Position numbers and translations under genes: made by a program
The notes under the pieces: model-generated
Databases searched by the model: none
Told to the model about the DNA's origin: nothing
What the model saw: the letters and a program-made list of their open reading frames with translations, nothing else
Assembly: GCA_031431875.1 (NCBI GenBank)
Contig: JANPEF010000061.1
Coordinates: forward strand, 43,412 to 107,411
Direction of reading: 5' to 3'
Source: Candidatus Eiseniibacteriota bacterium
GTDB taxonomy: Bacteria; Eisenbacteria; RBG-16-71-46; DASYSL01
DNA length: 64,000 nucleotides
In this document: one piece after another, positions 56,615 through 64,000 of the stretch
Numbering within the stretch: position 1 is the first letter of the stretch
Layout of the letters: each line of letters starts with the position of its first letter

Positions 56615-58425
56615 ATCGCATCCACCGGATCACCCTCCTGCTCGCGCTGGCCGCCGCGTTCGCCGCGAGCGCGCCCGCCGGTGCCGCCCTCGTCGCCGAC
56701 GAGGTGAGCACGCTCGCCCGCACGCAACCCGAGGCGCGCGTCGTCGCCTGGATCCGCTTTGCCGATCGCGCCGGGGCGGAGCACTCGCCGTCGGCGCTGG
56801 TCGCCGAGCGCGGCCGTCGCCCCGCGCGCTCGCTCGAGCGCCGGGCGCTGCGCGGCGCGGGCGCCGAGCGCGACCTCACGGCCGACGACCTGCCGGTGCA
56901 CGCGCCGTACATCCATGCGGTCGAGGCACGCGGCCTTGCCGTGCGCGGCGTGAGCCGGTGGCGCAACGCGGTCAGCGTCGAGGGTCCGGCGTCGGCGGTC
57001 GCGGCACTCGCCCGACTGCCCTTCGTCGCCGCGATCGAGCCCGTCGCCCGCGCCCGCGCCTTGCGCCCGGTCGAGGGCATCGAGGCGACGCCAGCGATCG
57101 AGGCGGCCCGGGGCGTGGCGCCCGCGACCGTGCAGTCGCCGGGCGACACCGCGTTCTACGGCGCGACGTTCAGGCAGCTGTCGATGATGCAGGCGCCGGA
57201 AGCCCATGCGGCCGGCTGGACCGGCAACGGCGTGCTGGTCTGCGTGCTCGACAGCGGCTTCCGCACCACCCACGCTGCGTTCAGCGGCCTGTCGATCGTG
57301 GCCACGCGCGACTTCGTGCATGGCGACACCATCGTGGACGACGAGCTCGGCCAGGATGCCGCCGGCGCCGGCACGCACGGCACGATGACGCTGGCCTGCA
57401 TCGCGGGCCTCAAGACCGGCACGTTCGTCGGCGGCGCGTTCGGGGCAGCGGTCGCCCTGGGGAAGACCGAGGACGTGGCGACCGAGACGCCGGTCGAGAT
57501 GGATTACTGGCAGTTCGGCGCCGAGTGGGCCGACAGCCTGGGCGCCGACGTGATTTCCTCGAGCCTCGGGTACTTCGATTTCGATCTTCCGTTCCCGTCG
57601 TACACCTATGCCGATATGGACGGGAAGACGACGACCGTCACCCTTGCCGCCGCGATGGCCATGCGTCGCGGCATCGTCGTCGTCACGGCGAACGGGAACG
57701 CGCGTGGCACGGCGTGGAACTTCCTGATCGCGCCGGCCGACGCCGACACGGTGATCTCGTCGGGCGCGGTCGACTCGTTCAACGTGGTGACGTCGTTCTC
57801 CTCGCCGGGCCCGACGGCGGACGGGCGCATCAAGCCCGACGTCACCGCGATGGGCCGCCGCGTCTACGTTCCGCTGTTCACCGACGACGTGAACTACGCG
57901 CGCGTCAGCGGCACCTCGTTCTCGACGCCGCTCACGGCGGGGATGGCCGCGCTCCTGCTCGAGGCCCACCCGACGTGGGATCCGTTCGCCGTGCGCGAGG
58001 CCTTGCGCGAGACCGCGCTCGGTGCCGCCACGCCCGACCCGGACATCGGCTGGGGCCTGATCCAGATGACCGGCGCGCTGGCGTGGACGCCGAGCACGAC
58101 CGACGTCGCGCCGCCGGCCACCTTCGACCTGTCCGGCAGGGGTATTGCGCTCGCCGCCGGCCCGAATCCGTTCCCGCTCGGCGCGGGGTCCGTGGTGCGC
58201 TTCGCCGCGCCGGGCCGCGTCGCGCTCGACGCCTTCGACGTCCGCGGCCGCCATGTCGAGCGCCTGTTCGCCGGCGACGCCAGCGCCGGCGCGAGCGTCA
58301 CCTGGCGCGGCGAGGGTGCCGGGGCGCCGGTCGCACCGGGCGTCTACTGGTTGCGCCTCGCCGCTTTCGAATCCGCCGGTGCGCCGGCGTCGGCGCGCAC
58401 GCTGCGCGTCGTGGTGACCCGATGA
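56611..58425 (+). CDS. Secreted S8 subtilase with C-terminal FlgD/T9SS-like domain (604 aa)
   Basis: Signal and propeptide. Triad LDSG / HGT / GTSFS. Tail AGPNPF...FDVRGRHV...PGVYWLR...VVVTR. Confidence 0.92.
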   Translation: MNRIHRITLLLALAAAFAASAPAGAALVADEVSTLARTQPEARVVAWIRFADRAGAEHSPSALVAERGRRPARSLERRALRGAGAERDLTADDLPVHAPYIHAVEARGLAVRGVSRWRNAVSVEGPASAVAALARLPFVAAIEPVARARALRPVEGIEATPAIEAARGVAPATVQSPGDTAFYGATFRQLSMMQAPEAHAAGWTGNGVLVCVLDSGFRTTHAAFSGLSIVATRDFVHGDTIVDDELGQDAAGAGTHGTMTLACIAGLKTGTFVGGAFGAAVALGKTEDVATETPVEMDYWQFGAEWADSLGADVISSSLGYFDFDLPFPSYTYADMDGKTTTVTLAAAMAMRRGIVVVTANGNARGTAWNFLIAPADADTVISSGAVDSFNVVTSFSSPGPTADGRIKPDVTAMGRRVYVPLFTDDVNYARVSGTSFSTPLTAGMAALLLEAHPTWDPFAVREALRETALGAATPDPDIGWGLIQMTGALAWTPSTTDVAPPATFDLSGRGIALAAGPNPFPLGAGSVVRFAAPGRVALDAFDVRGRHVERLFAGDASAGASVTWRGEGAGAPVAPGVYWLRLAAFESAGAPASARTLRVVVTR

Positions 58426-58484
58426 ACCGTTCGCTGCAACCGCTGCCGGCAATCCGCCGTCCGTTCGCTCATGGAGGTTCGAGG

Positions 58485-59858
58485 ATGAACCGTCGTCCGG
58501 GTGCGCGACTGGCGCACGCCGCAACCATCGTCGCACTGCTTCTTGCCGCGTGTCCGCTCGCGCCCGCGGCGTCCGCCCAGGATTCCGTCGCCGCTCTCGT
58601 CACCCCGCAGGAGTCGCGCCTGTCCAACGGACTGCGCATCCTGTCGCTCACCGACTCGAGGGCGGCCGTAGCCACGTTCCAGGTGTGGTACGAGACGGGT
58701 TCGCGCAACGAGCGGCCGGGGATCACGGGGATCTCCCACCTGTTCGAGCACCTGATGTTCAAGGGGACGAAGAAGGTCGGCGCCGAGGAGCATGCGCGCC
58801 TCATCCAGGCTGTCGGCGGCGTCAACAACGCGTTCACCACGTGGGACGTGACCGCCTACTGGCAGGCGCTGCCGCCCGGGCAGCTCGACCTGGCCGCGCG
58901 CCTCGAGGCCGATCGCATGGCGAACCTGAGCCTGACCGAGGAGCACCTCAAGTCGGAGCGCGAGGTGGTCAAGGAGGAGCGGCGTTTCCGCACGGATAAC
59001 TCGCCGATCGGCAAGGGCGCCGAGCTGCTGTCCTCGATGGCGTACGACAGCCATCCCTACGGCTGGCCGACGGTCGGCTGGATGCGCGATCTCGACGCGA
59101 TCACGCTCGCGGACTGCAAGGAGTACTACGCGATCCACTACGCGCCGGACAAGGCGACGGTCGTGATCGCCGGGCCGACCAGCCACGAGGCGAACGTCAA
59201 GCTGGTGGAGAAGTACTTCAAGGGCCTCAAGGCCGGCGCCCCCGCGCCGCGCGTGCACGTCGGCGAAGTGGCGCAGCATGGCGAGCGCCGGGCCGTGCTC
59301 GAGACCGAGGTGCAGCTGCCGTTCCTGCTCGGCGGGTTCAAGGTGCCGCCCGACTCGAGCGCCGACGCGACGGTCATCGAGGTGATCACCAACCTCCTGT
59401 CGAATGGCCAGTCATCGCGTCTCTATCGCAAGCTCGTGTACGAGGACCAGTCGGCGTTGTTCGCGGCCGGCGTCGCCTTCCCGCGCAAGGACGTCTCGCT
59501 GTGCTACGCATTCGCCGCCGTGAAGCCCGGCCGCGACCGCGACTCGCTCGAGACGACGTTCTTCGCCGAATTCGACCGCTTGGCGACCGAAGACGTGACC
59601 GACGAGGAGCTGACGAAGGTGAAGAACCAGCTCGAGGCGCAGTTCGTCTTCGGGCTCGAGCAGATCCAGGACCGGGCGACCGCGGTGGGCAATGCCGCGC
59701 TGGTCACCGGCGATCCCGCCGCCGCGGCCCGGCGCACCACACGCCTGCGTGCGGTGACCCGGGAGGACATCCGTCGCGTGGCCGCGAAGTACCTGACGAA
59801 GGAGAACCGGACGGTGGTGTGGGTCGTGCCGACGCCGCAGACGCGGAGGCCGTCGTGA
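58485..59858 (+). CDS. M16B zinc peptidase, catalytic subunit (secreted)
   Basis: Signal peptide, GSRNE, HLFEHLMFKG (HxxEH), NAFT, EREVVKEE. Confidence 0.93.
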   Translation: MNRRPGARLAHAATIVALLLAACPLAPAASAQDSVAALVTPQESRLSNGLRILSLTDSRAAVATFQVWYETGSRNERPGITGISHLFEHLMFKGTKKVGAEEHARLIQAVGGVNNAFTTWDVTAYWQALPPGQLDLAARLEADRMANLSLTEEHLKSEREVVKEERRFRTDNSPIGKGAELLSSMAYDSHPYGWPTVGWMRDLDAITLADCKEYYAIHYAPDKATVVIAGPTSHEANVKLVEKYFKGLKAGAPAPRVHVGEVAQHGERRAVLETEVQLPFLLGGFKVPPDSSADATVIEVITNLLSNGQSSRLYRKLVYEDQSALFAAGVAFPRKDVSLCYAFAAVKPGRDRDSLETTFFAEFDRLATEDVTDEELTKVKNQLEAQFVFGLEQIQDRATAVGNAALVTGDPAAAARRTTRLRAVTREDIRRVAAKYLTKENRTVVWVVPTPQTRRPS

Positions 59859-62002
59859 ACGCCCGCCGGATCCTGACCGCGGTCGCCGTTGCTGCGACCG
59901 TGCTGGCCGCCCCGCAGGCGGCCCCGGCGGCCCCGGCCGCAGGCGCCGCGCCTGCGTACGTCGTGCCGAAGCCGATCGAGCGGCAGCTCAAGAACCAGCT
60001 CAAGGTGTACATCCTGGAAGATCACCGCCTGCCGCTCGTTCACTACCGCTTCATGGTGCGCGCCGGATCGGCCAACGAGCCCGCCGAGAAGGCGGGGCTG
60101 GCCAGCCTGACCATGCAGACGCTGCGCCAGGGTGCGGCCGACATGGATGCGAAGGCGGTCTCCGCTGCGCTCGACGGTCTCGGTGCGAACTGGGCCGCGT
60201 CGTCGACCCGCGACTACTCGACGGTGACGGCGCAGTTCCTCTCCCGTGACTGGCGCACTGGCCTCGACCTGCTGGCCAAGGTCGTGCTCCAGCCGACGTT
60301 TCCGGCGGACGAGGTCGAGCGCCAGCGCAGCCAGGTGCTCGGCGCGATCCAGCAATCGCGCGACCAGAACGCCACGATCGCGAGCGAGCATGCAGCGGCG
60401 CTCGTCTACGGTGAGCATCCGTACGCGCGGCCGACCATCGGCGACGCGGGATCGGTGCAGGCGATCACGCGCGAGGACATGGCGCGATTCCACGACACCT
60501 ACTTCCGCTCGAACCTGTGCCTGCTCGTCGTCGTCGGGGACGTCGATCCCGCGCAGGTGACGGCCGACATCGAGGCCCAGTTCCGCGACATGGGCAAGGG
60601 CGATCCGCCTTCGCGGCCCGGTCCGCCGCTGCCGGTGCCCACGGCGAATCGCATTCGCCTGCTCGACAAACCCGGCGTGACCCAGGCCGAGCTGCGCGTC
60701 GGCTTCGCGGGCACGACCCGGCGCACGCCCGACTTCTACTCGCTGCAGGTGATGAATTCCATCCTGGGCGGGGGAGGATTCTCGTCGCGCCTGCAGCAGA
60801 ACGCGCGGGCGAAGGGTGGGCTCACCTACTCGGCGAGCTCCAGCTTCGACTTCGGCCTGGACAAGGGCGCGTTCTACACCTCGACGTTCACCAAGAACGC
60901 CTCGGTCGGAGCGATGCTCGACGTGATCGAGGGCACGATCAAGGACTTCAAGGCGGAGGGCGCGACGGCGAAGGAAGTCGAGGACGCCAAGCGCTTTCTC
61001 GTGGACGCGCTGCCGTTCGGCACGCAGACCGCCGAGGGCCTGGCCGCACAGTGGTCTGCGATCGACTTCTACGATCTCGGCACCGATTACTTCGACCGTT
61101 ACGCCGAGCGCCTGGCCACGGTGACGCCGGCCTCGGTGAAGGACGCCGCGCAGAAATACCTGCGCACCGAGAGCGTGGCGATCGTGGCGGTCAGCACGGC
61201 CGACTCCGTGCAGGCGCAGCTCGAGCGCTTCGGCCCGGTCGAGGTGCTCGACTACCGCTCGCCGACCGGCGCGATCCCGCAGAGCCGACCGGCCGAGGCG
61301 GTGGCGACCGCGGCGCTCACCCCCGAGGCCGTCGCTCGCGCGAGGACGGTGGTCGAGCGCGCGCTCAAGGCACACGGCGGCGCGGCGAAGCTGCGTGCGG
61401 TGAAGGATGTCTCGACGCGCGTGACGATGACCGTGACGACGCCGAACGGTGTGCTCGACGGCCAGATGGCGGTGACCGTGCGCCTGCCGAGCCAGAGTCG
61501 GATCGAGATGACCATGTTCGGGCAGAGCGGCGTGCAGGTCCTCAACGGTGAGAAGGGCTGGGCGTCGAACGGCAGCCAGATCCAGGAGCTCGACGCCGAA
61601 CAGACCCAGGCCATGCGCAGCGGCGTGAAGACGCAGGTGCTGCCGCTGCTGGTGCGGCTCGCCGGTGGCGACGTGCAGGTCGGCTGGGTGGGCGAGGACA
61701 AGGTCGGCGCCGAGGCGGTCGACGTCGTGCAGGTGGTCGATCCCGAGGCGATGGCGAAGCTGTCGTTCGCCCGGAGTTCCGGCCTCTTGCTGCGCCTCGA
61801 GCAGGAGGAGCCGTCGATGTTCGGCGGCGGCAAGGTGCCGATGGCGCGCCTGTATTCCGACTACCGCACACTGGACGGCCTGATGGTGCCGTACCGCACC
61901 GAGCGCCAGGTGCGCGGACAGAAGCTGATCGAGGATGTGGTCTCGTCCATGTCGGTGAACAGGGGAGTCGCCGACTCACAGTTCCAGCGTCCGCCGCGCT
62001 GA
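59855..62002 (+). CDS. M16B peptidase non-catalytic subunit with an extra C-terminal domain (715 aa)
   Basis: No HxxEH. ILGGGGFSSRL...RAKGGLTY (R/Y pair). About 230-aa C-terminal ALKAHGG...YSDYRTLDGLMVPY domain. Confidence 0.88.
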   Translation: MNARRILTAVAVAATVLAAPQAAPAAPAAGAAPAYVVPKPIERQLKNQLKVYILEDHRLPLVHYRFMVRAGSANEPAEKAGLASLTMQTLRQGAADMDAKAVSAALDGLGANWAASSTRDYSTVTAQFLSRDWRTGLDLLAKVVLQPTFPADEVERQRSQVLGAIQQSRDQNATIASEHAAALVYGEHPYARPTIGDAGSVQAITREDMARFHDTYFRSNLCLLVVVGDVDPAQVTADIEAQFRDMGKGDPPSRPGPPLPVPTANRIRLLDKPGVTQAELRVGFAGTTRRTPDFYSLQVMNSILGGGGFSSRLQQNARAKGGLTYSASSSFDFGLDKGAFYTSTFTKNASVGAMLDVIEGTIKDFKAEGATAKEVEDAKRFLVDALPFGTQTAEGLAAQWSAIDFYDLGTDYFDRYAERLATVTPASVKDAAQKYLRTESVAIVAVSTADSVQAQLERFGPVEVLDYRSPTGAIPQSRPAEAVATAALTPEAVARARTVVERALKAHGGAAKLRAVKDVSTRVTMTVTTPNGVLDGQMAVTVRLPSQSRIEMTMFGQSGVQVLNGEKGWASNGSQIQELDAEQTQAMRSGVKTQVLPLLVRLAGGDVQVGWVGEDKVGAEAVDVVQVVDPEAMAKLSFARSSGLLLRLEQEEPSMFGGGKVPMARLYSDYRTLDGLMVPYRTERQVRGQKLIEDVVSSMSVNRGVADSQFQRPPR

Positions 62003-62024
62003 GCGGGGGACCGGGGGAGGACCG

Positions 62025-64000
62025 ATGACCCGTCGCCAGACGACGCCGACCACCGGATCGGCGGCGTCGTCCCGGTGGTTCTTTCATTTCGGGGGCGGGA
62101 CGGCGGAGGGCGATGGCAGCCTCCGCGACCTGCTCGGGGGCAAGGGCGCCGGCCTCGCAGACATGTCGCGGGCCGGCATTCCCGTTCCCCCCGGGTTCAC
62201 CATCACGACCGAGGCCTCGCGCGCCTTCGGCGCCCGCGCGGGCGCGTTGCCCGCAGGCTTCGAGGACGGCATGCAGGCCGCGTTGTCCCGGCTCGAGACG
62301 GCGCTCGGCAAGCGCCTGGGCGATCCCGCCGACCCGCTGCTCGTCGCCGTGCGCTCGGGCGCGGCCGTGTCCATGCCCGGGATGATGGACACCATCCTCA
62401 ACCTCGGCCTCAACGACCGGGCGGTCGAGGGGCTCGCCGCCTGCACGGGTGACGCACGCTTCGCCTGGGACTGCTACCGGCGCTTCCTCCACATGTTCGG
62501 CATGGTCGTGCTCGACGTGCCGCACGAGGTGTTCGCCGAGCCGCTCACCGCGATCAAGAAGAAGCGCCGCGTCATGAGCGACGCCGACCTCGCCGCGACC
62601 GACCTGGCCGGACTCGCCCAGGCGTATGCCGCCGCGGTGCGCCGCCACACGGGTCGCCCGTTCCCGCAGGATCCACTCACCCAGCTGCGCCTCGCGCGCG
62701 ACGCGGTCTTCCGCTCGTGGATGGGCGATCGCGCCATCACGTATCGACGGCTGCACCGCATCCCCGACGACCCGGGCACCGCGGTCACCGTGCAGGCGAT
62801 GGTGTTCGGCAACCGCGGGCCGACGTCGGCGACGGGCGTGGGCTTCACGCGCGATCCCGCGACCGGCGAGAACCGCTTCTACGGCGAGTACCTGGTGAAC
62901 GCGCAGGGCGAGGACGTCGTCGCCGGCATCCGCACGCCACGCCCGATCGCCGAGCTCGAGCGCGAGATGCCCGGCGTGTTCCGCGAGCTCGTGGTCATCA
63001 CGCAGCGGCTCGAACGCACCTACCGCGACGTGCAGGACTTCGAGTTCACGATCGAGGAGGGGAAGCTCTACCTGCTGCAGACGCGCACCGGCAAGCGCAC
63101 CGGCGCGGCCGCGGTGCGCATCGCGGTCGAGATGGTCGACGAGGGCCTGCTGACCCGTGACGAGGCGCTGCTGCGCGTTCCCGCCGACAGCCTCGAGCAG
63201 CTGCTGCACCGTCGCGTCGATGCCGCCGCCGCGCCCGATCCGCTGGCCGAGGGCCTGGCTGCCTCGCCGGGCGCCGCCGTGGGGCGCGCGGTGTTCACCG
63301 CCGACGATGCCGTCGAGTGGACCGCGCGCGGCGAGCGCGTGATCCTCGTGCGTCAGGAGACGGTGCCTGACGACATCCACGGCATGGCCGTCGCCGAGGG
63401 CATCCTGACGGCGACGGGCGGCATGACGTCGCATGCGGCCGTCGTCGCCCGCGGCATGGGCAAGTGCTGCGTCGCCGGCGCCTCGGCGATCGCAGTCGAG
63501 GAACGGGCGAAGCGCTTCATCACCGGCGCCCACACGATCCACGAGGGCGACGTGATCTCGCTCGACGGCGCACGTGGCCTGGTCTACGAGGGCGCGGTGC
63601 CCACGATCGAGGCGGCGCTCACGCCCGAGTTCACGCGCTTCCTCGCATGGGCCGACGAGGTGCGCCGCCTGCGCGTGCGCGCCAACGCCGACATCCCGCG
63701 CGACGCGAAGAAGGCGCGGGCGTTCGGCGCCGAAGGCATCGGCCTGTGTCGCACCGAGCACATGTTCTTCCAGCCCGAGCGTATCCTCGCCGTGCGCGAG
63801 ATGATCGTCGCGGCCGACGAGGCCGGACGCCGCGCGGCACTCGCGAAGATCCTGCCGATGCAGCGATCGGACTTCGCAGAGCTGTTCCGCGTGATGGATG
63901 GCATGCCGGTGACGATCCGGTTGCTCGATCCACCGCTGCACGAGTTCCTTCCGCATGCGCCCCACGAGATCGAGGAGGTCGCGAACGCGCTCGGCAAGAC
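62025..64000 (+). CDS. ppdK: Pyruvate, phosphate dikinase (3' truncated by window end)
   Basis: Read from ATG 62025; absent from the ORF track because it has no stop in the window. LLGGKGAGL, PVPPGFTITT, VRSGAAVSMPGMMDT, NAQGEDVVAG, GGMTSHAAVVAR, GIGLCRTEHM. Confidence 0.97.
   Translation, partial: MTRRQTTPTTGSAASSRWFFHFGGGTAEGDGSLRDLLGGKGAGLADMSRAGIPVPPGFTITTEASRAFGARAGALPAGFEDGMQAALSRLETALGKRLGDPADPLLVAVRSGAAVSMPGMMDTILNLGLNDRAVEGLAACTGDARFAWDCYRRFLHMFGMVVLDVPHEVFAEPLTAIKKKRRVMSDADLAATDLAGLAQAYAAAVRRHTGRPFPQDPLTQLRLARDAVFRSWMGDRAITYRRLHRIPDDPGTAVTVQAMVFGNRGPTSATGVGFTRDPATGENRFYGEYLVNAQGEDVVAGIRTPRPIAELEREMPGVFRELVVITQRLERTYRDVQDFEFTIEEGKLYLLQTRTGKRTGAAAVRIAVEMVDEGLLTRDEALLRVPADSLEQLLHRRVDAAAAPDPLAEGLAASPGAAVGRAVFTADDAVEWTARGERVILVRQETVPDDIHGMAVAEGILTATGGMTSHAAVVARGMGKCCVAGASAIAVEERAKRFITGAHTIHEGDVISLDGARGLVYEGAVPTIEAALTPEFTRFLAWADEVRRLRVRANADIPRDAKKARAFGAEGIGLCRTEHMFFQPERILAVREMIVAADEAGRRAALAKILPMQRSDFAELFRVMDGMPVTIRLLDPPLHEFLPHAPHEIEEVANALGK

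Noticed and set aside
1..64000. CRISPR array, rRNA, tRNA, prophage or defence genes
   Set aside because: No regularly spaced repeats or recognisable RNA-gene, phage or defence motifs were seen by eye. A tRNAscan/Infernal run would be needed to exclude small RNAs.

Overview
High-GC bacterial chromosomal window of about 50 CDS. The secreted proteins ending in FlgD/T9SS-like C-terminal domains or a TWGxxKxxYR tail suggest an FCB-related lineage such as Ca. Eisenbacteria; this is an inference. Housekeeping genes include tsaD, priA, HU, ltaE, rsmI, ino1 with a CDP-alcohol phosphatidyltransferase, tmk, ctpA, dusB, larBC and a partial ppdK, alongside many peptidases. The top finding is a complete IS1111-type IS110 element (about 5384-6941) with 12-bp subterminal inverted repeats and a duplicated CT core. 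Its downstream non-coding RNA has four guide-like segments that match the reconstructed target and donor sites (bridge/seek RNA). The target is the Tyr-Arg-stop codon junction of a gene ending in the TWGxxKxxYR motif, and the insertion rebuilds the stop codon so the host protein is unchanged. Other notable items: a sigma54-preceded c-di-GMP signalling set (REC-GGDEF, two histidine kinases with degenerate HD-GYP tails, a degenerate GAF-GGDEF) whose proteins mostly end in -AA; a cluster with a 1351-aa surface protein and Ig-repeat lipoproteins; two co-existing C-terminal export-signal types; and degenerate NadE and IlvC homologues. No rRNA, tRNA or CRISPR array was recognised. All family calls come from motif recognition by eye; no searches were run.
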